From contig JAJPII010000029.1 in the NCBI GenBank assembly GCA_021324825.1, forward strand, positions 15,825 through 79,824: 64,000 bases of DNA. The letters run 5' to 3'. Shown in pieces: positions 1-9,200 of this stretch. Numbering within the stretch: the stretch's first letter is position 1; every line of letters begins with the position of its first letter. The stretch comes from Spartobacteria bacterium (GTDB lineage Bacteria > Verrucomicrobiota > Verrucomicrobiia > Chthoniobacterales > Chthoniobacteraceae). The translations under genes were made by a program, and so were the position numbers. The notes under the pieces were generated by a model. The model worked only from the letters and a program-made list of their open reading frames with translations. It made no database searches and was not told the DNA's origin.

Positions 1-106
1 TCGCGGCGTCCCTGGCCGCGGAAGAAGCCCGGCTGGCGGGCGGCGAACTTCAATGGCGCCCGCGGGACTTCAGCGCGTGCGTGCTCCTTCTCACACAATA
101 AGCCCC

Positions 107-871
107 ATGGATATACTGCTCCACACCATCGCCCTGGAACCGGCCCGCTGGACCCCTCAACGCGTCTCGCGTCCCCTCGCCCAACTGCTCCCGGCAATCG
201 CCGAGCGCGGCTTCAAGCAACTGGAAATCTACGAGCCTCATTTGCGCGACGAGGCCGAATGGCCGGAGATCATCGCAACCCTCACCTCACTCGGCTTGAA
301 GGCTGAAATCCTAAGTTCGTATCTCGACTTGAAGACTTCGGAAAACTTCGACGACCTCAAACGCCGCCTCGACGCCTTCGGTTTTACAAAGGCGCGCATC
401 TTCCCGAGCGCGCCCGCCACCGAGGAAGGCATGAACACGCTGGCCGTCCGCCTGCGCCGCCTTTCCGCGCGCATTCCCGGCGTGGAGATCCTGCTGGAGA
501 CGCACGACGGCTCCCTGGCGGACGATCCGCCCCTGCTGGTCCGCATGATGGAAGAGCTTTCCCATCCCCGGATCGGGTTGCTTTATCAGCCGACCTTCTT
601 CGACGCGGAGCGCTCCCTGCGGCAATTCGAACTCGAGAAACCGTTCATCCGCCACCTCCATCTGCAAGGGCGCCGGGCCGATACTTCCTTCACCCGATTG
701 GAAGATGGCCTGGTCCCCTGGTCGCGGATCATCACGGAACTGAGCCCGGAGGTGAACGCCACGCTCGAATTCGTCCCGTGCGCGGTCTGCCCGCCGGAGC
801 AATTCGACCTGGCCGCCGCGTTGAGCGAGGCCCGCTCAGAAACGGACTACGCGCGCTTATTGGCGATGTAG
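107..871 (+). CDS. Sugar phosphate isomerase/epimerase (xylose isomerase-like TIM barrel family), tentative
   Basis: ORF 53..871. The likely start is the ATG at 107 (MDILLHTIALEP...), just after an upstream frame closes with TAA at 99-101. Size (~254 aa) and motifs (LEIYEPHL, LLETHDGSL, HLHLQG) fit the TIM-barrel family. The last codons and the TAG stop lie inside a REP element. Confidence 0.5.
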   Translation: MDILLHTIALEPARWTPQRVSRPLAQLLPAIAERGFKQLEIYEPHLRDEAEWPEIIATLTSLGLKAEILSSYLDLKTSENFDDLKRRLDAFGFTKARIFPSAPATEEGMNTLAVRLRRLSARIPGVEILLETHDGSLADDPPLLVRMMEELSHPRIGLLYQPTFFDAERSLRQFELEKPFIRHLHLQGRRADTSFTRLEDGLVPWSRIITELSPEVNATLEFVPCAVCPPEQFDLAAALSEARSETDYARLLAM

Positions 872-894
872 AGGCCGCTGTGCCAGCCGCCTGG
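867..894. repeat. REP hairpin unit (single, one stem mismatch)
   Basis: The sequence tgtagaggccgctgtgccagccgcctgg matches the consensus TGTAGAGGCGGCTGTGCCAGCCGCCTGG seen at the other loci. The shared flank ttggcgatgtagagg also occurs at 13261-13275. Confidence 0.8.
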
Positions 895-927
895 GTGGTT
901 CGCCGGGGGACCCCCTCTCGTGTACCA

Positions 928-1701
928 TCAAGGACGAACCGGACGGCGCATCGTAGCTTGAATTTGCTGGTTTTGGGCCGCAATCGCAGCTTGCGCATTG
1001 GCGGGAAAGGTCAGCATGATCCCGGCCTTCAACGGCTCGAATTTATAAGTCGTCGCTTCCTGGCCGACCGTCATCGCCACGGGCAGCCTTCTTTCCACTT
1101 CGATGCAGGCTACCGCCGGGATTTTCATCCCCTCGATATTCTCGCCAGCCTTGATCGCGGCGTTGATGTCTTCCTTGGTCCAACTCTCCAAACCACGAGG
1201 CAGGATTTTATCCTTGAAATACATGCACTCTCCATGGCCGGGCAACTTTTTGATCCCGGTGAAATTCGCCGCCGAAACCCAGGAGATATCCGTAAAGCGT
1301 TCATCAGCCGACCCCGGCGAAACGGCGGGCATTTTCCAGCCGGTGTTCATGATCACCTGGTAGGCGCCCTTCTGCCAGATTTCCATTTTGTTGCCGTTTC
1401 CGGAGAAGCTCACGAGGTGGATGATATCGCCCGTCTTCTGGCCTATGACCACGTTGGTGTAGTCCGGCTTGCCAGGCGCCGGCTTCGGCGCAGTAGAATC
1501 TTTGGTCAGACCTTTGTGAACGATCGTCCATTGGTAGAAATCAGGAATGGGATTTAAAAGGGGACCCGGCGGCAAAGGCGGAGGCGATGACTCGGATGTC
1601 TGGGCAGGCGGGGATGAAGGCGGGGGGGACGATGCCGGTGCTTGCTGCGCGGCAGCCGCCGCTGCCGTCAAACCAAGCGCGAAGAGGAGCAGGAATTTCA
1701 T
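928..1701 (-). CDS. Secreted hypothetical protein (signal peptide plus Pro/Ser-rich linker)
   Basis: 257-aa ORF. The N-terminus MKFLLLFALGLTAAAAAAQQ looks like a signal peptide and is followed by SSPPPSSPPAQTSESSPPPLPP. Its ATG overlaps the TGA of the upstream giant gene (ATGA at 1698-1701). I do not recognise the family. Confidence 0.55.
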   Translation of the reverse strand: MKFLLLFALGLTAAAAAAQQAPASSPPPSSPPAQTSESSPPPLPPGPLLNPIPDFYQWTIVHKGLTKDSTAPKPAPGKPDYTNVVIGQKTGDIIHLVSFSGNGNKMEIWQKGAYQVIMNTGWKMPAVSPGSADERFTDISWVSAANFTGIKKLPGHGECMYFKDKILPRGLESWTKEDINAAIKAGENIEGMKIPAVACIEVERRLPVAMTVGQEATTYKFEPLKAGIMLTFPANAQAAIAAQNQQIQATMRRPVRP

Positions 1702-4700
1702 TCTTTTACGACTTCGATTTGTTTGTCTACGACCTGGCCAGTGTAGCGATCAATCGCCACGTGGATCCAGCAACGTTGTTCTCCCTCGACAACGAAATTG
1801 TCGAGACTCGTTGCCGACTGCGGGTAACGTCCTGCCTGCGCCACCACGTCAATCATCAGGTTCCATATGCGCGTCTCCCCGCACGCGGCCAGCGCGCGCA
1901 GGGGCGCATTGCGCACGCGTCCGATATTGCTGTCATCGTTTTGTGCGCCATTGGCGTTGGCAGGGGGGCCGCTGTTGAAGGTGCCGCTGAGGAGCACGCT
2001 CGTAAGGTCGGCGCTGAAACCATCGTACGAGGTAGGCCCATACGGTGGACTGTTGGTGGGTTGCGGGGTTTGCACGCTATAGCCAGAGGGTGGGGCGGTA
2101 GCGTTGATTGGCTCGATGTCCACCGGCGATTTCCATTTTCCCACCAACTCCGCGATGTTTTGCAGCGGCCCTTTGCCCGCGGTCGCCAGATTGGTGGTGC
2201 GGTTGACCAGAGCGGCAGCGATGGCGGCGGCCAAACTGCCCGAAAGCACGGTCGACGAAGATCCCGAAACAATGGAAGTGCCGGAAAGCGCCAACTCATC
2301 CCTGTAAGCGCCGGAGATGATGGCTTGCAGGACGGGGAGTTGTCGCGTGTTCAGATTCACCTTTCCGGCCACAAGGCCGCTGGGATCGCCGGTATCGTTT
2401 ACGCAAAAGACATCCAGCAATGCCGAGTCGCCGCTCTCCGGCATTTCGAAATTCAGGTTCTTCCACGGCGTGCCCGAAAATGTGTAGCCGAGCTCGCCCA
2501 CGGAACGGAATGGCCGATTCAAAATCATTGGCCGGCTTTCCGTTTGCAAAGGCAAGGATGCATTGGGGGGGTAGGTCAAATTGACATCGACTTTCTTGAG
2601 TTGATTGCCGGTTGCGGGATCGATGACGTGCGCCCTGCGCATGGGAAGCCCCAGTTTCTCGAGTTGACTGCCCGTGTCGGCAAAAGGCGTCGACACCCAC
2701 CCTCCCATCGCGCGGCGCACCACTCCATCCGCATCGGCATACACCTGGGGCTGTGTATCTATGGGGCTTGGAGTCATTGAGAAATAAGTCGGACTCCCCG
2801 TGTCGCCGAGTGGACCATTTGACCATCGCTCAAAAGGAGTGTTCTGCGAGAACAGACCGGTATAAAGCGCCTCAGAAAAATTATTCCATGTCCAGGTAGG
2901 TTGGCCGGGATAGAATCCCAATTGCTTCAGGAAGGGTTGCATACCGCCAACTGTCGATATCTCGAGGTTGGCTCCGGGTTCGTAGCCGCTGCGCAGGGAG
3001 ACCATGATGCCTTCGGATATGCTAATCCAGGAGTCGTTATAAACGGTCATGTTCGGGTCGCCCGACATTGGCACGGATCTAAAAAAATTGGCGTTGGTCG
3101 GCCCCGTCGCGTAGCCAGTTCCAGGATTGCCCGAATCCTCGAAGTTAAAACGGCTCGTCCGGGGATCCATGACAAAAGAATATTTGTCTCCTATACATCT
3201 GTTCTGCAGAAATCCACTCCATGTCTGGACCATGGGCCGGGCGATATTACCCCAGTCTTCCGCAGCGTTGCTGACCATCGCATGTTTTTCATCGTAGGTC
3301 ACCCAATTACCGCTGCCGGCAGGATTCTCATATTGAAGGTAGTAGCCAAACTCTCCTGCCGGAGACAACTTGACGGCATTAGCCCTGTTGACTGTCGCCG
3401 GTGGTGATGACCCTGCATTTATCCAGACGAGAGGAACGGTGCCGAGGTAGAAACCGATGTAACTCTGGTTCGCTTCAGGAGGAGAACCGCCCATGCCGGA
3501 AAAGATAATTCCCCCGTTTGAAAAGAGGGTGCCCGAACTTGCAAGAACGCCAAGGTTGTTTTGGACCGCGGGATCCCACGCCAACTGCGACCCGGAAGGA
3601 TGCTGCGGTTTATAGAGCACCGTCGGCTCCCGGAAGAGCTGCGCCCCCATCGCGCTCTTGCTGATCTGGAACGTCATCGCGGTGTTGGCCGCGGTCAGGA
3701 TGCGCTGCTCTCCCGCCGGGGGAAAACCTTTCGTAATGAAGTCGGGCGATACGGTGCCCGACGTGCTGATATTGCCGTAGTAATTGTTTTTGGAACCGTC
3801 AGTGGGGTTGGAGGTTATGACGGTTATGGGCGAGCTCGACGAAGACAGGGCATAGATGCGGAAGCTGGTGGGGCCGGCGACCCCCAGTGTCCGGTCAAGA
3901 TTCGTAGCGTCCCAATCATGCGGATTCCATAGCGTCGGCAGGAGCATCGTGACTCCCAGCCCCGTATCAAGCACTGTGTTCACGGTGGCGGGAGCTGTGT
4001 TTGCGGAATTGGAGGCGTTAACGGAGCCGCCGTAACTAGTAAATAGCTGGCCGTTATTATTCGTGTTGGGCGCGACCGCTTTCAACACCACCGGATCCAC
4101 CCGGTAAAGGTAGGGAAGATTCTCGATGCCGCGAAACTCCACCGCGCCGCTGCCATCGTCGAAGTAGATTCGCGTTGGAAAGTTATCCAGATCAAACTGA
4201 TCGATGATATTTGCTCCGATCTGGATAATGGCGTCATCCACACGGCTGTCCGTGTTATATTGGCTTACCCAATCGGGATAATAGCCGGCTGGAGGGGTCG
4301 AGGGAGGAAGGTACGCGGCCTTGGCAATCGATCCCACATTGATCGTCGCTTTCAGCAATTCAAAGAAATCCGGCTCACGGTTGGCTCCCACTACATCCTT
4401 CCCGCTGTCCCCCGAATAGCTGAGCTTGCGGATCGGGCCGGTCGCTCCGTTCTGGTTGTGAATATTGTAAAGCCAACGATTATTCGCGGAATCCCAGCTT
4501 AGTCCAAAGTATTGTTGAATGTTCGACGCCGATCCTTGCTTCAGAAACGCGTCGGTGAACCCGTAGGTATTTTCGAGGGCGGTAATGATCGTCGCCACCC
4601 CGGGGTCGCTGGTGGGATTCAGCGAACTGCCGGTAGAGATGGGCCCCGCATAAGTCAGCCACGCGAGGCGATTGAGGGAAAATCGCTTCTTCACGAGCGG

Positions 4701-6050
4701 CTCGCCCGCCAACGCCGTCGAGCCGTCGTTTCTTATCATTGAAGTTCCGCTCACCTGAACCGCCAGGAAGCTGGGGTTGATGGCGGTGTCCAACTGCGCC
4801 CCTGCCAGATCGGGCGCGGCGTTGTTGCCGCCGCTTCCGGAGAGCAACAAACTTGGCGCTGTGGAGTTGTAGCCCAGCGTCGTCGAAGAGATGGATTGGG
4901 TGCGGATGAACGACGGTTGGTTGAGGTCGCGGCTGAACGTGCCAAAGTAGTTGAGCACATTGAGGTTCGTCCCGGAAATGCCGAGTCCGTTCTTGAAAAA
5001 CTGGATCAACTCCTGGCGACTGCCAAACGCCTTGTCCGTCTGGTTGCCGTAGGTTCCGCTAACGGTCAAAAATCCCGTCGTATTTGAGATAACGTAGTTG
5101 AAATAATTGGACCCCGAAACCGACGTGAAGCCGGGGTTTGGAAATGCCCCCGTCACTTGCCCTGATCCCGACGTCGAAGCGTAGTTGCGCCAGCCCACCA
5201 GCGTATCCACCATCGACCCGCTCATCCCGGGGAGCTGCGTCAGGTCGGCATAGGCCAGCGCCGATTTGTAGGCGTCGTTGGGGATGACCGCGGCTGAACC
5301 GCTGCCGACGGGATAGCCCGCCACGTTCGCATCGAGCACCCCGCCTTCGTCGTAAACGACGTAGGCGTAGCGGCCGATGATCGCGCCCGTCCCGGAGGCC
5401 AAATACTGGGCGTTCGACCCGCTGAAGACGGCGGTGCCGCTCAACGCCGGAGTCGCGCCGCTGCGAGACACTAAAATCCAATTCGGCGCGGTGAACGCCG
5501 CGCTGCCCGTCATCAGCGGCGTCATGCTGGCGTCCGTGCCGGTGAGGAAACACGGCTTGTTCCAGCGGGCCAGGGATATGTAGCGCCCATTTTGCGAGGT
5601 GCCCGTGGTGAGCGCCGAGGAGGCGCGCGCAGGCCCGGCAACCGTCCAGGTGGAGCTGGAGACCAGTGGATAGAAGCTCGATCCGGACAGACTGATCTCC
5701 ACGACGTTGGGAGGCGCGCCGGGTCCCGTCATCCGGTATGGCGCCGCCGTGGCGGAGTTGGGAGAGTAGAGGCGTGTCGTGCCGGAGAGGTAGAGGTACG
5801 GGGTGATGGCGGGCGACCAGCCAGATGAATCCACGATCTCCTGCTTGAAATCTCCAATAATTTGGTCCGCGGCGCCTATCGCGAATATGGCCGCCTTTTG
5901 CTGGCCGGCGCTGCTGTTGGAAACCTGGCGATCAATAACGGTGCGCGAAAAGAAGGCGACGATGAGCCCGGTGACCAGGACGATGAACGCCAGGACGATC
6001 ACCAGGGCCACGCCGCGCTTGGGGGCGCGCGGGTGTCTGGAGGGAGTCAT
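1698..6050 (-). CDS. Giant pseudopilin-like surface protein resembling Verru_Chthon cassette protein A (family call tentative)
   Basis: 1450-aa ORF. The N-terminus KRGVALVIVLAFIVLVTGLIVAFFSR is a GspK/PilX-like hydrophobic helix. The rest is a long Ser/Thr/Gly/Asn-rich extracellular-type sequence. Size and N-terminus match my recollection of TIGR02600. Confidence 0.6.
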   Translation of the reverse strand: MTPSRHPRAPKRGVALVIVLAFIVLVTGLIVAFFSRTVIDRQVSNSSAGQQKAAIFAIGAADQIIGDFKQEIVDSSGWSPAITPYLYLSGTTRLYSPNSATAAPYRMTGPGAPPNVVEISLSGSSFYPLVSSSTWTVAGPARASSALTTGTSQNGRYISLARWNKPCFLTGTDASMTPLMTGSAAFTAPNWILVSRSGATPALSGTAVFSGSNAQYLASGTGAIIGRYAYVVYDEGGVLDANVAGYPVGSGSAAVIPNDAYKSALAYADLTQLPGMSGSMVDTLVGWRNYASTSGSGQVTGAFPNPGFTSVSGSNYFNYVISNTTGFLTVSGTYGNQTDKAFGSRQELIQFFKNGLGISGTNLNVLNYFGTFSRDLNQPSFIRTQSISSTTLGYNSTAPSLLLSGSGGNNAAPDLAGAQLDTAINPSFLAVQVSGTSMIRNDGSTALAGEPLVKKRFSLNRLAWLTYAGPISTGSSLNPTSDPGVATIITALENTYGFTDAFLKQGSASNIQQYFGLSWDSANNRWLYNIHNQNGATGPIRKLSYSGDSGKDVVGANREPDFFELLKATINVGSIAKAAYLPPSTPPAGYYPDWVSQYNTDSRVDDAIIQIGANIIDQFDLDNFPTRIYFDDGSGAVEFRGIENLPYLYRVDPVVLKAVAPNTNNNGQLFTSYGGSVNASNSANTAPATVNTVLDTGLGVTMLLPTLWNPHDWDATNLDRTLGVAGPTSFRIYALSSSSSPITVITSNPTDGSKNNYYGNISTSGTVSPDFITKGFPPAGEQRILTAANTAMTFQISKSAMGAQLFREPTVLYKPQHPSGSQLAWDPAVQNNLGVLASSGTLFSNGGIIFSGMGGSPPEANQSYIGFYLGTVPLVWINAGSSPPATVNRANAVKLSPAGEFGYYLQYENPAGSGNWVTYDEKHAMVSNAAEDWGNIARPMVQTWSGFLQNRCIGDKYSFVMDPRTSRFNFEDSGNPGTGYATGPTNANFFRSVPMSGDPNMTVYNDSWISISEGIMVSLRSGYEPGANLEISTVGGMQPFLKQLGFYPGQPTWTWNNFSEALYTGLFSQNTPFERWSNGPLGDTGSPTYFSMTPSPIDTQPQVYADADGVVRRAMGGWVSTPFADTGSQLEKLGLPMRRAHVIDPATGNQLKKVDVNLTYPPNASLPLQTESRPMILNRPFRSVGELGYTFSGTPWKNLNFEMPESGDSALLDVFCVNDTGDPSGLVAGKVNLNTRQLPVLQAIISGAYRDELALSGTSIVSGSSSTVLSGSLAAAIAAALVNRTTNLATAGKGPLQNIAELVGKWKSPVDIEPINATAPPSGYSVQTPQPTNSPPYGPTSYDGFSADLTSVLLSGTFNSGPPANANGAQNDDSNIGRVRNAPLRALAACGETRIWNLMIDVVAQAGRYPQSATSLDNFVVEGEQRCWIHVAIDRYTGQVVDKQIEVVKE

Positions 6051-6054
6051 GGAG

Positions 6055-6120
6055 TCAACGTTAAATAATTACCATGTAAATACAAGCAATATTTTTTGGT
6101 TGCGTCATTTGATGTAGGGG
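6055..6120 (-). promoter_or_regulatory. AT-rich candidate promoter/leader for the pseudopilin-like giant gene
   Basis: A locally AT-rich stretch (taaataattaccatgtaaatacaagcaatattttttggttgcgtcatttgatg) lies immediately upstream of the start at 6050. It sits downstream of a terminator hairpin and a REPIN. No consensus boxes were assigned. Confidence 0.3.
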
Positions 6121-6135
6121 GCCGGGGAAGGTTTG

Positions 6136-6217
6136 TTGTAGAGGCGGCTGTGTCAGCCGCCTGGAGCGCGGGGGGCGGGGAAGGTTCGACAGGCGTTTGG
6201 CACAAACGCCTCTACAA
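6136..6217. repeat. REPIN (inverted REP doublet)
   Basis: Left unit ttgtagaggcggctgtgtcagccgcctgg. Right unit gacaggcgtttggcacaaacgcctctacaac, in inverted orientation. The outer TGTAGAGG/CCTCTACA arms are inverted repeats. Confidence 0.8.
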
Positions 6218-6234
6218 CGAGGGGTGATAAACTA

Positions 6235-6262
6235 AGAAGGGGCGGCAATTGCCGCCCCTTCT
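6235..6262 (-). terminator. Intrinsic-terminator-like hairpin downstream of the adhesin gene
   Basis: Perfect 12-bp GC-rich stem agaaggggcggc / gccgccccttct with loop aatt, about 34 nt after the stop at 6296. The U-tract is weak. Confidence 0.5.
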
Positions 6263-6295
6263 GGTTGAATTCGTCACGGTTCGTCCCGCGCGGTG

Positions 6296-9200
6296 TCAGA
6301 CTTTTTTCGCGACGAGGCGGGATCGCATCCCGATGAGCCGCTTCCGTTCGCGGTAGCCTAGCAGGCCGACCAGCAGCACGCCCGCGAGGATGGTCGTCGG
6401 CTCGGGCACGGCGGTTACTTCGTAGAAGTTGCTGCCATTGCCCAATTGGATTTCCACGGCTCCCTGAACGCCATTGAAGCTGATGTCGTTGAGTTGGGTT
6501 GTGGTCAAACCGCCCGCTATATTGAAGATGAGCCGATCATCGGTTCCATCAACGCCGGATGACGTGTAACCCGAGGAGAGCGCCGTGGTATTCGAGTAGT
6601 TGATGACGTTCAAGAGCTTGCCGTTGTCGGTGTAGCCGTTGAAAACGACCGTCTCCGCAGTGTTCTTGAAGTCTATCGTCGAATTGGCCGTCAATGTGAG
6701 CGCGCCAATGCCGTTTAACGACGCGCCCGTCGTGACGGTGCTGCCCGTGGAAACGGAAGTGCCGGAGAGGAGGCCGCCGGTATTTTGGAAACCGCTAAAC
6801 GTATTTCCCGTCACACTTGCGCCCGCGCCCTCGTTCTTGGAAAGGGCAAGAGTGCCGCTCGCCAAGGTCATTGTGCTGCCCGTGCCGATCGCACTGGAAG
6901 CCGAGACGAGCAAAGTGCCGCCCGTGTTGACGGTGATCGGCGTGGAACCACCCAGGGTGCCGCCAGCGGCATTTCCCGCAACGCCAGCCCTGCCCAAGGC
7001 CAAAGTGCCGCCATTGACGGTGGTCGCTCCCGTATAGGTGCTTGAACCCGTCAGCGACATGACGCCCAAACCGCTTTTGATCAGGCCGGCGGCCGTCGAA
7101 GTGCTTTGGGAATTAAGCAGCGCCGTCGAGACGGTCAAATCCGGCCCCACCGCCCCGGTGGATGCCACATTGAAAGTGATCTGTCCGCCGGTGGCGGTAA
7201 GCTCCACTCCATTCGACCCGGACGTTGATCCCGAAAAGTTCTGGATGACGGAGGCGGTCGAACCACCAACCGTGACAGTGCCGTAGAGGGCCAGACCTTG
7301 AAAATTGGTATTGTTCGCCCCGGTGCCCACGTTGACCGTTCCGCCGTTCAGAGTCAGCGGGCCGACTAGATTCCAGAAGCCGCCGGCGCCGGTCTGCGAG
7401 CCGGTCGAAAACGTGCCCCCATTCAGGATGATAGCCGTCAGCGGAACCGTGGTGCTGCCACCCGTGCCCAACTCGTTAGCGGCGAGCAGCGCGAGCGTTG
7501 CACCACTATTGACGGTCACCGTGCGGCTTGCCGTGTTCAAACTGCCGATGCCGCTGGTCGTACCGTTGACTCCGGCAGCGACAGTGTTGATTGCCACCGT
7601 CCCCGAGTTGATGACCATGTTGCCGGTGAAGGTGTTAAGGGCGGCGAGCGTCGTCGTGCCGCTGCCCGACTGGATGAAGACGCCCGCCCCGCTGATGACT
7701 CCGCCCAGGGTATTCGAGATGCCGACGGTCTCGATCGCGGCGACCGTGCCGCTGTCCGCGATAGTCCCGGTATAGCTAGTGTTGTTAGCCATGTCGAAGG
7801 CCAGAGTCGCGCCCGCCGCCACCGTGGATGCACTGCTGTTACTAATCGAACCGGAAACGCCGTTGCCGATTTGCAGCGCGCCCGCGCTGACCGTGGTCGC
7901 GCCAGTGTAGCTGTTCGAGCCGGTAAGCGTGGTCGTGCCCGATCCCAACTGGGTGAAACCACCGCCGCCGGTGATAGTGTTGTTAAAGTCGACGCCTTGC
8001 GTGACCGCGTTGTTGCGGTCGATAATGAAAGCGCCGTTGTCCACAATGGCGCTGCTGGAGGAGAGCGCTCCCGTCGCGCCGCCGTTGCCGAGTTGCAACG
8101 CGCTCGTGCTGTTGATAGTCGTAGTGCCGGCGTAAGTGTTCGTGCCTGTGAGAGTGAGTGTGCCGCTGGCCGTAGCCGTGCCGGAACTTGTGGTCAAGCC
8201 GCCGACGCCGGAAATCCCAGAGCTGATCGTGCCATTTATTTGGGCGCCGTAGTTATACCAATCGCGCAGGCCAATCGTTACGTTGGCGTTCAGGGTGATC
8301 GGACCGGCGTAGTTGCCGCCGTTGCCATTTTCGAAGCTCAAAACGCTGTTGGTACCGCCATTAACGATGATTGTGTTGAGAAGTGTCGTCGCTGGGCTTC
8401 CCTGAAGGGCCAGTTCACCGTTATTATTGATGAAGAATGTGCCGCTGGAGGCTATGGCTCCCGTGGTGCCGGACTCGAAGATACCGCCGCTTTGGAGCAC
8501 CACATTGCCGCTGAAGGTGTTGGTTTGGTCAACGCGCAGATTGCCGGTGTTCGCGGTCAACGTGCCCGCGCCTGTGACCGTCAACGTCCCGCTGCCGAGC
8601 AGGGTATTTGCAGTATGGAAGTAGTATTGCCCCGTGGTGGTCACGTCGATCGTGCCGCCCGAGGGGCCGATGGTGAATGCGTGCGTGTCCGTAATGCCGG
8701 CGGTGGTCGCCACCGCGCCGCCATTCAATGTAACCGCTGAAGCGGTGGCCCCGAGATTGGGATCGGCGGAGATCGACACCGTGCCGCCGGTAATCGCGTT
8801 GCCGCCGGTATAGGTATTCGTGGCCGTCAATATCGTCGTGCCAGCGCCGCTCTGCGCGAAGCCGCCCGACCCGCTGATGACTCCGCCCAGAGTGTTCGTG
8901 ATGCCGGCAGTCTCGATGCCGGCGACGGTGCCGCTGTTGGCGATGGCGATCTTCCCGCCATAGCTTCCGCTGGTGGCCATATCAAAGGCCAAGGTCGCGC
9001 CCGCCGCCACCGTGGATGTGCCCGTGTTGCTAATCGAACCGGAAACGCCGTTGCCGATCTGCAGCAAGCCGGCGGTGACGGCCGTTGTGCCGGTATAGGA
9101 ATCGGAGCCGGTGAGAGTGAGCGTGCCGGAGCCCGCCTGGATCACGCCCCCGGAGCCAGCAATGTTTCCACTGATAGTGGTAGCGCCCGCGCCCGAACCC

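Noticed and set aside
1-101. Possible 3' end of an upstream plus-strand gene (frame 3, ...GELQWRPRDFSACVLLLTQ*, TAA at 99-101).
   Set aside because: Only 33 codons are visible, with no start and no motif. That is too little to call a feature.
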